This document shows positions 53,301 to 62,261 of a DNA stretch of 64,000 nucleotides, piece after piece. The notes beneath the pieces are model-generated. The model was not told where the DNA came from and searched no databases. It worked only from the letters and a program-made list of their open reading frames with translations. The position numbers were made by a program, and so were the translations under genes. Within the stretch, counting starts at the first letter, position 1; each line of letters starts with the position of its first letter. The stretch comes from an uncultured Gemmatimonadaceae bacterium (GTDB lineage: Bacteria > Gemmatimonadota > Gemmatimonadetes > Gemmatimonadales > Gemmatimonadaceae), in the NCBI GenBank assembly GCA_963790305.1, contig CAWBOC010000002.1, forward strand, positions 64,001 to 128,000, read 5' to 3'.

Positions 53301-53533
53301 GCGTGATGGACCAGCAGGGGCGCCCCGTGACTGGAGTGTCCGTGCGCTTCAGAATCCTCTCGGGAGGGGGAAGCCTCGAGGGCTCGAACCTTGTAGACCG
53401 CATCTCGAACGCCAGTGGCCTCTCCGAGGTGCAGATGACGTTAGGCAGCTCGGCCGGCACCGCTACCGTCGAGGCTGCCCAGGGCAACGGCAGCAAGCGG
53501 CGCGTCGTCACCTTCACCGTGACGAGCCAATGA
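50336..53533 (+). CDS. Large lipoprotein with tandem Ig-like (Big_2) domains, right-handed beta-helix and C-terminal Ig domain
   Basis: Signal ending ATATC; W.S.[DN]..VA.V...G.VTA repeats; GTHARPFATIQAAL; NWWG; start uncertain. Confidence 0.82.
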   Translation: MPHRARRFSVHALATALARFSAAMATVAATATCDGANVLGPVGVNELELEWLSDTLLFVESRVAPVLRITSGGAAVSDSRVIFTSDNPEIVAVSPAGDSIHARRLGTTEMTIRVLGSLFPEEGESWRRTLRVVLKDLQLDRSLVGLTSVGDTATIHAMPLGADDQIINVPVTWRSLDTNRVSVTDGRLTARGTGATEVQAIVAGDTARAAVTVEQRLSSFVLSPEAATLRSIGEEVTITATPVDNNGAPVPGVTPFWESGDASVARVDDAGRVTAIGGGITMIYAFKGPVRSGARVQVTNDPATIAIDPSADTLTRPGQQLVYTAVVRNAQGVPIANYPTAWRSDNPAVASVTATGTVTSVAAGAARIIGEAGTIADTVALVVRDLTVLHVDNASNAQPRIGTHARPFATIQAALADATSGDTIALRPGNRPYAESPALSGQISLIGNDSAYRANGSNNAALLPTISHETGAAAIAVSAGSSVLLRHVAIRHMVDGPAIDANGAGVRIENVHVNPGQTSRVGRGFRIANATGAVISDSRVNAVVGYGILLSNVSTGLVSRVQVVGVDSVAGANGEGIRVVRGFGNAVELSAVASTAGPRILLDSTSGARATGDTLAGRHRLLRVRAATGATVIANNVFSLNQQATDPPSGGSAVDGRAALEILESGGVTLSGNSFAEAGSTAMDAIRLVDARGAGITISASRFNGGRFHIRSTRSTWALSGSLLENAVRAIVAEEADTIAMTSDTLRSGQGRGCVDVRGSSSISVIDGWLANCTAATADTGMAAITVDGSGATLTVRGTRFTGANETAIAFTGAVLTVQNASLSGAGTRTVPTLRWPAAITATASSADVTGSSIVDYRLLNGASLRAGSVRFEGNRVWRQRRGLEVAQWVTASIANNDFADHEVSALVNAEAAVLSAQPNWWGDGRGPRRSVAPDAVGDSVVGAVNFGTPAAAPQFPGAAASEDSLRIVRGSGQSALRGTTLPQRLTVRVMDQQGRPVTGVSVRFRILSGGGSLEGSNLVDRISNASGLSEVQMTLGSSAGTATVEAAQGNGSKRRVVTFTVTSQ

Positions 53534-55081
53534 GCCAGTGCCAGCGCTGCGGCGCGGCGATCGCGCCGGGCTCACGCTTCTGCCCGAGCTGTGGGCGGCA
53601 GGTCCTCGATCCGGGTGCATCCACGCTCCTCGTTGGCCCTGCCAATGACGCACTGCTGGCGGAGGTGCGTCATGCCCTCTCCGGGGAGTACGACATCGAC
53701 CGCGAGGTCGGCCGCGGCGCCATGGCGATCGTCTACCGTGGAACGGAAGCCGGTCTCGGACGCCGCGTTGCCCTCAAGGTCCTCCCTCCCGAGATGACCC
53801 TGAACCGGGAGCTCACCGAGCGCTTCAAGCGCGAGGCGCGCCTGGCTGCCTCGCTCGAGCATCCCAACATCATCCCCGTGTATCGGGAAGGGCAGGCGGG
53901 TCGGTTCCTGTTCATGGCGATGAAGTTCATCGAGGGCCGCTCCCTCGAGGACATCATCGCGTCGCAGGGCCCACTGCCGGTGCCTGTCGTGCTCCACGTC
54001 CTGCGGGCAGCGACGAGCGCGCTGGCGTACGCGCACGAGCGCGGCATTGTCCACCGCGACATCAAGAGCGCCAACATCCTCGTCGATCGCGACGGCCGCG
54101 TGGTGGTCAGCGACTTCGGAATCGCTCGCGCCGCCGAGGATGCGAGTCTCACCTCGACCGGGACGATGGTCGGGACGCCGTATTTCATGAGTCCTGAGCA
54201 ATGCGCCGCACGACGCATCGGGCCACAGAGCGATCAGTACTCGTTAGGGGTCGTCGCCTTTCGAGATGCTCACCGGGAGCGTGCCCTTCCAGGCCGAGTC
54301 GCTGCCGGGGATCATGCATCACCACTTCTACACGCAGGTGCCCGACGTCACGACCGCGCGTCTCGACGTCCCGCTGCCGCTGCGTGAGCTGATCGACCGC
54401 GCACTCGCGAAAAAGCCCGAGAATCGCTTTGCCTCCACGCATGCGATGCTCGCGGCCGTCGAGGCGGTTCCGTTCGTGGAAGAGGGTCGGCGCGAGGGGC
54501 TCGCACACCTTCGCGATCTCGCGCATGGTGCGCCGATTCCCGTCGTCGGCATCTCCGCACTGCCGCAGCTCGCGAGCTCGATCCGTCTCACGCCCCCGCA
54601 GCACGCGCCCGCGATACAGCCGCGCGCGGCGGCCCTCTCGAAGTGGGCCATCGTGTTGATCGCCGCGACGGTGTTGGGCGCCGGTGGGGCCGCCGCGGTC
54701 GTCCTGCGGCGACCTCCCGCACCCGTGCCGGTTCCGACTGCGGTGGTGGTCGCGCCGGAGATGACGCCACGCATCGAGCGACCGCAGGCGGCCACGCCCC
54801 CTCCCGTCGATTCGACGCGGCGCGTCGCCGAGGCACCGGCAGTCGAGTCGAAGGCGGTGGGCCGCTTGCGCGTGCGCGCCTTCCCCGCCGATGCAGAAAT
54901 CCGAGTCGACGGGCAACTGCTCGGACGTGGCGTCGTCCTCGATTCCACCGTTCGAATCGGCTCCCGGCGGCTGCGCGTTTCGGCGCCGGGCTACAAGTCG
55001 TTCGACACCACGGTCACCGTCGTGGCCGATGAGATCACCGCGCTCGCTCGCATCGCACTGCCGACACAGGACCCCGAGTGA
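53530..55081 (+). CDS. Hanks-type Ser/Thr kinase (zinc ribbon, kinase, TM, PEGA); 1-bp frameshift near 54260
   Basis: CQRC..CPSC, GRGAMA, VALKV, HRDIKSAN, DFGIA, GTPYFMSPEQ; the second frame continues EMLTG.VPF...KPENRF and a PEGA-like end. Confidence 0.9.
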
Positions 55082-56127
55082 TGACCTTCCTTCGCATCAT
55101 CGTCGTCATGATCTCGCTGACGGCATTCGCGCGACCAGGCATGGCGCAGCGCGCTCCGGGTGAAGTCCTGAGTCGTGGAGTGATCCTGTACGAGGAGCTC
55201 CAGCTGGAGCGCGCGGTCGTGCTCCTGCGCGAGGTGACATCGCCGAGCAATACCGCCGCCTCAATGGCGGAGCGCGTGCAGGCAATGAAGTATCTCGGCG
55301 CGGCGTTCTCGCTCATGGGTCAACGCGATTCGGCGATCGTGTACTTCCGACGGATGCTGGAGCGCGATCCCTTCATGGACCTCGATCCCGCCGTGTTTAC
55401 GGCGCAGGAGCGACAGCTCTTCGCACTCGCACGGCGGCAGACGTTCGTGGTGGGCGTGAGGACGCTGTCCGACACCGCGTTCCTGCCAGGACAGGGGGGC
55501 GTGTCGCTGCGGTTCGTGACGACGCAGCATGCGCGCGTGCAGGCCATCGTGCGTCACCCAACCGAGTCCGAGCCGGTGGCGACGTTCCGATGGACCGCGG
55601 AAGGCGCTTCGGAATCTCCGTGGGACGGGCTCGATCAGAAGGGAGAGCGGCTGCCAGCGGGGCGCTATCAGCTGGACGTTACCGCGACCGCCACCAACGA
55701 CTCCTCGAGTGACACGGTCACGCTTCGCTTCGACGTCAACTACCAGCACGAGCCGCTCGAGGATTCGCTCGCATTCGATCCGCGCTCCCTTCTGCCCGAG
55801 CGACGCCCCCCGTCGATCGCGCGCTCGCAGCTTGCCGCGGGGTTGGCGCTCGCGTCCTTCGCCATCGCGGTGCCGAGCGTCATCGGACATGGCGACCTGG
55901 ACGGCACCCGGAAACACGCCGTCGTGATGGCGAGCGTCACGGCCTCCGGTGGTATCGCATCGTTCTTTTTCCTGCGACGGGGCTCGGGGATTCCCGCCAA
56001 CGTCCTGGAGAACGCGCGTCGCCGCGAGCAGCACGTACGCCAGAACCGCGAGATCCGCGAGCGCAACACCGCCCGCCTGGCCGCCGCGCGCATGGTCATC
56101 ACGCCGACGATTGGAGAGTCGCGATGA
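55078..56127 (+). CDS. Secreted protein with TPR-like N-terminus and FlgD-like Ig domain
   Basis: Signal peptide, YLGAA...DSAIVYF...ERDPF, WDGLDQKG.RLPAG.Y and a C-terminal hydrophobic hairpin. Confidence 0.7.
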   Translation: MMTFLRIIVVMISLTAFARPGMAQRAPGEVLSRGVILYEELQLERAVVLLREVTSPSNTAASMAERVQAMKYLGAAFSLMGQRDSAIVYFRRMLERDPFMDLDPAVFTAQERQLFALARRQTFVVGVRTLSDTAFLPGQGGVSLRFVTTQHARVQAIVRHPTESEPVATFRWTAEGASESPWDGLDQKGERLPAGRYQLDVTATATNDSSSDTVTLRFDVNYQHEPLEDSLAFDPRSLLPERRPPSIARSQLAAGLALASFAIAVPSVIGHGDLDGTRKHAVVMASVTASGGIASFFFLRRGSGIPANVLENARRREQHVRQNREIRERNTARLAAARMVITPTIGESR

Positions 56128-56768
56128 GGACGCGCTGGTGGTTCTGGTTGATGTCCCTTGCCTGTGCCGGGCCGCTTCGCGCGCAGATCCCGGTGACGAC
56201 CGGAGTGTCCGTCTCGCTGGCCGAGCATCGGGTGACGGCGGGCGCAGGGCTCGAGCGGTCGTCAGGCACGATGTTCGGGCTGTGGGCAACGACGACGGTC
56301 CCATGGCAAGCCGTCGAGGCGCGTGCCTCGCTCCGGGCCGGGTCGTTAGGGGCCAACGAGCGCTCGGCCATCGATCGAGACGTGGGCGAAGTGAGCCTGG
56401 GCGCCAGCATTCCGGTGAGCGACTGGCTTGGCCTCGACGCCGGCGTGGTCGTTCGGCGATACGAATCGGCGCTCGCCGCCCAGCGGTGGGTGTGGGGTGA
56501 AGTCGGGATTCATGGCCGCCGGTCGATGCTCGAGGATGCCCTGAAGCTTTCGGCGGGACTGTCGATCATGCCCTGGGTGAGCGTGAGCGGGATCTCCCGC
56601 CCCGATCTCGCCGTGGCTGCGCACAGCGCGGTCGGCTACACCGCCGGCCGGCTGACCGCAACGATTCGCTACGGCCTGGAGCGATTCGATTTCCCCGCGC
56701 GCAACGATGTGCGACGACTCGAGGAGCTCTCATCCCTCGAGCTCGGCGTGGCCTGGAAGATTCGCTGA
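56124..56768 (+). CDS. Putative small outer membrane beta-barrel protein
   Basis: Signal peptide, alternating beta-strand pattern and C-terminal LELGVAWKIR. Confidence 0.65.
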   Translation: MRTRWWFWLMSLACAGPLRAQIPVTTGVSVSLAEHRVTAGAGLERSSGTMFGLWATTTVPWQAVEARASLRAGSLGANERSAIDRDVGEVSLGASIPVSDWLGLDAGVVVRRYESALAAQRWVWGEVGIHGRRSMLEDALKLSAGLSIMPWVSVSGISRPDLAVAAHSAVGYTAGRLTATIRYGLERFDFPARNDVRRLEELSSLELGVAWKIR

Positions 56769-56806
56769 GCCTGTCGCGATAGCGTTCCGGGCCCCACCTT
56801 TCCGGG

Positions 56807-59752
56807 ATGGCGACCGTCTTCCACGCCGTCCCCGAGCCCACCTCGGTGCCCGGCGCGCCCTCCCCATCGCTTTCCCAACGTGAGGCCATCGAGGCGGCGC
56901 CCGGACCCCTGCTCGTTCTTGCAGGCCCGGGTGCCGGAAAGACGTACTGCCTCATCGAGCGCATTCGCTTTCTCATCGAAGAGTGCGACGTCCCGCCCCC
57001 GCGCATCTGCGCCTTCACCTTCACCAACAAGGCCGCGGACGAGATCACGCACCGCCTCGAGCGCGCGTTAGGCGACGACGGGGCGCCGGTGAGGTCGGGG
57101 ACGATTCACGCCTTCTGCGCCGAGCTGCTCCGGGAGTATGCGGCGCGCGTGGGACTGCCGCCGGGGTTCGGGATCGCTGACGAGGACTATCAGCTCAACG
57201 TCCTGCGTCGCCTCGAGGGCCCGAAGCCATGGCATCGGCGGCTCCTCACCGAGTTCAGCGCCAACCGATTTCGGGGCGCGGCATTCGCGCGACACGAGAG
57301 CCACGAGCTCTTCGATCGCTACGAGCGATTTCTCGCGCAGCGAAAGATGGTGGACTTCGACATGCTCGTGCTCAAGGCGGCCGAGCTGCTCGAGCACACG
57401 CCCGAAGCGAAGACGATTCGCTCCCGCTGGGATGTGGTGCTCGTCGACGAATTTCAGGATCTGAACCCGGTCCAGTACCGCGTCATTCGCGAGCTCGCGC
57501 GCGATCACGAGCATCTCTTCGCCGTGGGCGATCACGAGCAGTCGATCTACTCGTTCGCGGGGGCCGATCCGGGCGTCTTCCAAAGACTGCTCAACGACTT
57601 TGGGCTGGCGAGGAAGATCCGCCTCGAGGAAAATCGCCGTTGCCCCCGGGATGTCTTTGCGTTGGCTCGGCGCCTCGTGTCGATGAACCCTCAGATGTTC
57701 GCCGACCTGCCCCCGCCGCAGGCGAACCGCGCGTCACCCCATCAACCCAGCGCGCTTTCCTTCGCCACCGACGACGCGGAGCGTGCCTGGATCGTCGACG
57801 ACGTTCGCCGGGACCAGGCCGAGTGGATGCATGACTGGGCCGAAGTGGCGCTCCTCTACCGCACGAACGAAATGGGAGAGGCACTGGAAGGGGCCTTTCT
57901 CAACGCGGGCATTCCGTGCCGTCTGGCGCGCGGGCGCGCGCTGGCCGAGGACCCCGTCGTCGCGTATGTGATCGCCGCGCTGCGGGTCATCGCGTATCCG
58001 AACGACCCGCTCCATTGCGAGGCCTTCTTCGAGGCAGTGCTGTCGCGGGTGCTCTTCGATCAGGCTCGGGTGCGGGCCGACGAGACGCGGCAGGACCTGA
58101 TCCGACAGCTCTACCACATTGCTGCGCACGTGTCCCGCGCTGGTGAGGACGGGCGCCAGGTGCATCGTGCGCTCTCGCACTGGAGAAACTTGCAGGCCAT
58201 CGGCTGTCGCCACTCGTCGTTAGGCCCGCTCATCCACGATCTCCTGTCCCAGCGTGTGGGGCAGAGGCGCTCGGTCCTCGAGGAACGGCATGACGAGCTG
58301 AGCGATCCGATCGAGCAGCCCGACGTCGTGTCGCTCGCCGATCGCCTTCGCGACGCGCGCGAGCGGCACGCAGCGATCTGCCTTCCCGACCTGCACGGCG
58401 TCGAGATCCCGCTCAAGGCCATCCTGCTCGGTCTCGGCTTCGGTGAGGTGTACACGGGGAACGTGGTCATGCCGCGATCGGAGCGCATCTCCCCGCACGA
58501 GTGCAAGACGCTCGGCCTGCCGTTAGGGCTGTTCAAGGCCGCCCAGCTTCTGGAGAGCCGAGCATTCGGCGAGCCATTCCGGAACTTCATTGCGTTCGAT
58601 CTGGAGACGACCAGCAATGACCCGGAGATCGCCGAGATCGTGGAGATCGCGGCGGTGCGCGTGAGGAACGGCAAGCCATGCGAGACGTTCAACGCGCTGG
58701 TGAAGCCTCGCGGTCCGATACCGCGTCAAGCCACCGAGATCCATGGGCTGCGTGACGCCGACGTCGAGGGCGCTTCGCGCTTCGAGGACGTGTGGCCACA
58801 GTTCCGTCGCTTCTGCGGCAGCGACGTCGTGGCCGCCCACAATGGCTACGAGTTCGACTTCCAGGTTCTCAAACGCATGGTGAAGGAGCTGGGCGGGCGA
58901 TTCGACCTGTGCATGTACGACACGCTCCCGCTCTCGTGCGATCTCCTGTCTACGAGCCACAAGCTGATCAACCTCGCGCGTGTATTCGGCATCGATCCAG
59001 GACGCTCGCACCGTGCACTCGACGACTCCCGTACTCTGGCGCAGGTCGTCATTAAGCTCGATGAGGCCAAGCTTGCGCGCTCGCGAAAAAGCGCGTTGCT
59101 CAACCTCTTGGGCCATCTCGGCGTCGCGCTTGCGCTGTGCGACCAGCAAACCCTCTGCGCCGAGGCTGCCCTCTTCCGCGATTTCGCCCGACCCTTCGCG
59201 CTAGGGCGATATAGCGGCAGTCTGGAGTTCTACGAGAACGAGGCGGCGGACAACGAGTCCGTTCCGAGCGTCGACGAGGTCATCGAGGCACTCGGCGGAG
59301 CGAAGCTCATGATGAAGATCCGCGCCGAGAAGACGGCGGAGGAGATGTATCCGAGTGCGCTGCTGCGGCTGCGCCGGTTGATCGAGCGGATTCCCGACGG
59401 AACGCTGCAGGCGCAGATCGTGACATTTCTCGAGTGCGCGGTTCTCTCGAAGTTTGATGGGCACGAGCCCGAGCGTGGCCGAGTCAACCTGCTCACGCTC
59501 CATTCCACGAAGGGGCTCGAGTTCTCACGCGTGTACATCGTCGGTTCGGAAGACGCGCACCTTCCCGGCCGCACCGCGAGCCGTGAGGCGACACCCGAGG
59601 AGGTCGAAGAGGCGCGGCGGCTGCTGTACGTGGGCATGACCCGCGCGAAAGACCGCATCGTGCTGACGCACACGCAGTCGCGCGCGGGCCGGCCTGGCGG
59701 TGGACATCGTTTTCTCGACGAGATGGGCCTGGCGCCGAGGACCATGGCCTGA
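56807..59752 (+). CDS. UvrD/PcrA-like SF1 helicase with internal DEDDh (DnaQ-like) 3'-5' exonuclease domain
   Basis: AGPGAGKT, DEFQD, VGDHEQSIY, TLHSTKGLEF and EARRLLYVGMTRAK; internal FDLETT, AHNGYEFD and HRALDD. Confidence 0.92.
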   Translation: MATVFHAVPEPTSVPGAPSPSLSQREAIEAAPGPLLVLAGPGAGKTYCLIERIRFLIEECDVPPPRICAFTFTNKAADEITHRLERALGDDGAPVRSGTIHAFCAELLREYAARVGLPPGFGIADEDYQLNVLRRLEGPKPWHRRLLTEFSANRFRGAAFARHESHELFDRYERFLAQRKMVDFDMLVLKAAELLEHTPEAKTIRSRWDVVLVDEFQDLNPVQYRVIRELARDHEHLFAVGDHEQSIYSFAGADPGVFQRLLNDFGLARKIRLEENRRCPRDVFALARRLVSMNPQMFADLPPPQANRASPHQPSALSFATDDAERAWIVDDVRRDQAEWMHDWAEVALLYRTNEMGEALEGAFLNAGIPCRLARGRALAEDPVVAYVIAALRVIAYPNDPLHCEAFFEAVLSRVLFDQARVRADETRQDLIRQLYHIAAHVSRAGEDGRQVHRALSHWRNLQAIGCRHSSLGPLIHDLLSQRVGQRRSVLEERHDELSDPIEQPDVVSLADRLRDARERHAAICLPDLHGVEIPLKAILLGLGFGEVYTGNVVMPRSERISPHECKTLGLPLGLFKAAQLLESRAFGEPFRNFIAFDLETTSNDPEIAEIVEIAAVRVRNGKPCETFNALVKPRGPIPRQATEIHGLRDADVEGASRFEDVWPQFRRFCGSDVVAAHNGYEFDFQVLKRMVKELGGRFDLCMYDTLPLSCDLLSTSHKLINLARVFGIDPGRSHRALDDSRTLAQVVIKLDEAKLARSRKSALLNLLGHLGVALALCDQQTLCAEAALFRDFARPFALGRYSGSLEFYENEAADNESVPSVDEVIEALGGAKLMMKIRAEKTAEEMYPSALLRLRRLIERIPDGTLQAQIVTFLECAVLSKFDGHEPERGRVNLLTLHSTKGLEFSRVYIVGSEDAHLPGRTASREATPEEVEEARRLLYVGMTRAKDRIVLTHTQSRAGRPGGGHRFLDEMGLAPRTMA

Positions 59753-60411
59753 TGTGGCGCGTTGGCGTCGGGGATGAGGAGGTGACCGCCGAGCATGATT
59801 CGGCGAGCTCACCGATCGTCTTCGTGTGCGCGCATGGGGCCGGCGGCAACATGGCCGATCGCGGTGTCCTCTCGGTATCGCAGGTGATGCGTGCGCAGGG
59901 CATGGACGTCGTTCGCTTCAACTTTCTGTACAAGGAGAGGCGCAGCGGGCGTCCCGACGCGATGCCCCTGCTCAAGGCCACGGTCGAGGCGGTGGTGGCG
60001 CGCACTCGCGAAGAGCTTCGACCCGACGTCGTGATTATCGGTGGGCGATCGATGGGCGGACGAGCGGCATCCATGCTCGCCGCGGATGGCTTCGCCTGCG
60101 ACGGTCTCCTCCTGCTCGCGTACCCGCTGCACCCCGCGGGAAAGCCCGATCAGCTTCGCGACGCGCATCTCCCAAGGGTCGAGGCGCCTGTACTCTGTCT
60201 CAACGGTACGCGCGATGCACTGTGCAGACGCGACCTCATGGACGCCGTACTGCAGCGCGTGGGCCCGAACTGGACGATGCACTGGCTCGACGGTGCCGAC
60301 CACAGCTTTCACGTTCTCAAGTCATCGGGGAGAACGGACGCCGAGGTGCTGGCGGAGATAGGGGAGACGAGCCGGGAGTGGGTGGAGCGGCTGGCGCGCG
60401 TCCACCGTTAG
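59752..60411 (+). CDS. Alpha/beta hydrolase (KANSL3/Abhydrolase_11-like)
   Basis: AHGAG, GGRSMGGR, YPLHPAGK, GTRD and DHSF motifs. Confidence 0.9.
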   Translation: MWRVGVGDEEVTAEHDSASSPIVFVCAHGAGGNMADRGVLSVSQVMRAQGMDVVRFNFLYKERRSGRPDAMPLLKATVEAVVARTREELRPDVVIIGGRSMGGRAASMLAADGFACDGLLLLAYPLHPAGKPDQLRDAHLPRVEAPVLCLNGTRDALCRRDLMDAVLQRVGPNWTMHWLDGADHSFHVLKSSGRTDAEVLAEIGETSREWVERLARVHR

Positions 60412-60783
60412 GCCCAGCGCGGCGGCAGGCACGGGCCCGCCGGGCACCAGGGTCCGGCTCCCGAGATCGATGCGCAGGTTGAGCCCGTCGAGCGAGCGGG
60501 CACCGAGCAGGACGAGGTCACCTCGCGCCGCGAAGACGACCAGGTCCGGCGCTGATGCTCCGGCGACATGGATGTTCGCGAAGCCCACCCCGCGCTCGAT
60601 CTCCCGTCCATCGGCGGTCACGAAGTCGACGAGGCGCTCGGGAACGAGCCCGATCGACTCGAGCACGGGCTGCGGCACCCAGGTGTACTCGCTTCCCGTG
60701 TCGACGATGACATCCGAGAGCTCGACCACGGTGCCACGCCGGGCCGGATGCTCGATCGCGATGGTCGTTCGCAGAATGCCCAT
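60322..60783 (-). CDS. Clan AA (retropepsin-like) aspartyl protease
   Basis: VDTGSEYTW and LLGARSLDGLNL motifs. Confidence 0.82.
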   Translation of the reverse strand: MGILRTTIAIEHPARRGTVVELSDVIVDTGSEYTWVPQPVLESIGLVPERLVDFVTADGREIERGVGFANIHVAGASAPDLVVFAARGDLVLLGARSLDGLNLRIDLGSRTLVPGGPVPAAALGLTVDARQPLHPLPARLPYLRQHLGVRSPR

Positions 60784-60842
60784 CGCGTCGAGCATACGGT
60801 CTTCGCCGCCGAGTGCGGCATCGAACTAGCGCGTGGCGTCTC

Positions 60843-62261
60843 TTATCGTGCCGTCCCCACCCCGGGAGCATAGAGCGACCGGAGGCGCTGTGCCCGAAAG
60901 ACGTATCCCGCATTGCCCTGGATGCTCCACGTCAGACGACCCTGGGCGTCGTACTCCTCCACTCGGCCCTCCGTACCGAAGGAAACGAGAGTGCGTCCAC
61001 CCGCGAGCGGCTGAACACTTCCACCGATTTGCGTCGTGACCCCCGGAGTGGACCCGTACGAGTGCGACAGTCGCACCGTGCGCGCCGTCTCGCTCACGAC
61101 ATAGCGCTCGGCTCGGGACTCCGAAGGATTTCCAATGTTGTCGAGAATGACGAACGTGCTGCCGCCGGCGATCCGCACCCCATGTTGATGCGCAAACGCC
61201 GGTGCGGGCGTGTCGAGGAAGGTGAACTGGTTGCGGCGGCCACCGAGCCGCCATAGCACCGCCCCGGTGCGCGTGTCGATTTTCGTGATCTCGCTCAGGT
61301 TCCGAAACGACACGAGCAGGCTGCCGTCGGTATCGAGATCGATCGCGTTGCCGTGCGTCCAGTTGACGGTTGCGCCTCGGCGTTCCGCCTCATCGACGTC
61401 GGTGATGGCGAAGTGGTCGAACGGGCTCCACTCGAACAGGAGTGCGCCATCGGCAGCGATGTGCTGGACGACGGTTCCCGTGACGCGCGCCGCCGCGAGG
61501 CCGCCGTAGGGTGTGAGGTCCACGGTGCGCGACTCGTCGCACATGATCCAGTAGCTCCCATCGGGCAGACTGATCAGATCATGGAGACGTGACGAGAGGT
61601 TGCGCGCGCAACCAAGCGTCCGGGTCACACGGCCTAACGGGTCGATCTCGACCCACGGCTCCAGATCTCCGGGGGCGGGTGTCGGCGGCCTCGCGGTGTA
61701 GCGGCCGTTGGGCTGCGCCATGAAGCTCAGCCCGGCGCCGGTCGAGAATCGGTGATACCAGACGACTCGGCCGTCATTGTCGATGACGACGCCGTACATG
61801 CCGGCCGCGAAGACGACGTACCCCGGTGCGGGATCGGCGCCACCCGCGGTGTAAACAGGGAGATCGGACGGGAGCGCGCCCGTCGTCAGGCTCACCGGTT
61901 CGCCGACCGTCACACCCCCGCTGCCATACGCAACCGGTCGGAGGCGATAGTGCTGCGCGGGCCGAAGTCTCAAGATAGGGATCGAGACCGTGTCACCATC
62001 GACTGCGACCGCGGCTGTCACGCTGTCGTCCAACGCGGGCTCGAGCCGCACGACGACGCTATCGGCGTTACGAGCGCGCACCGACATCGCAGCGGTGAGC
62101 ACGTTATGCGTGCTTGCTCGCGCGACGGCCGACTCGATCAGCGGAGCGGGGGCGCGCTCGGGCCCGGCCGGTGCGTCCGAGCATCCGGCCAGCACCCCGG
62201 CGGTGAGAAGCAGCGCCCAGCGCCCCTGGCGCCTAGGGCTTCCAGACCGCGCTGCGTCCAT
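60843..62261 (-). CDS. Arylsulfotransferase (ASST) family lipoprotein
   Basis: Lipobox VLAGC; LHDL, WTHGNAI, LVSFRN, WRLGG and FAHQHG motifs; start uncertain. Confidence 0.82.
   Translation of the reverse strand: MDAARSGSPRRQGRWALLLTAGVLAGCSDAPAGPERAPAPLIESAVARASTHNVLTAAMSVRARNADSVVVRLEPALDDSVTAAVAVDGDTVSIPILRLRPAQHYRLRPVAYGSGGVTVGEPVSLTTGALPSDLPVYTAGGADPAPGYVVFAAGMYGVVIDNDGRVVWYHRFSTGAGLSFMAQPNGRYTARPPTPAPGDLEPWVEIDPLGRVTRTLGCARNLSSRLHDLISLPDGSYWIMCDESRTVDLTPYGGLAAARVTGTVVQHIAADGALLFEWSPFDHFAITDVDEAERRGATVNWTHGNAIDLDTDGSLLVSFRNLSEITKIDTRTGAVLWRLGGRRNQFTFLDTPAPAFAHQHGVRIAGGSTFVILDNIGNPSESRAERYVVSETARTVRLSHSYGSTPGVTTQIGGSVQPLAGGRTLVSFGTEGRVEEYDAQGRLTWSIQGNAGYVFRAQRLRSLYAPGVGTAR

Noticed and set aside
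54255..54266. Kinase and PEGA parts as two separate genes
   Set aside because: The break falls inside the kinase C-lobe and removing one base restores a continuous protein.
60322..60783. Retropepsin-like protease as evidence of a retroelement
   Set aside because: No reverse transcriptase or integrase nearby; stand-alone clan AA proteases are common in bacteria.
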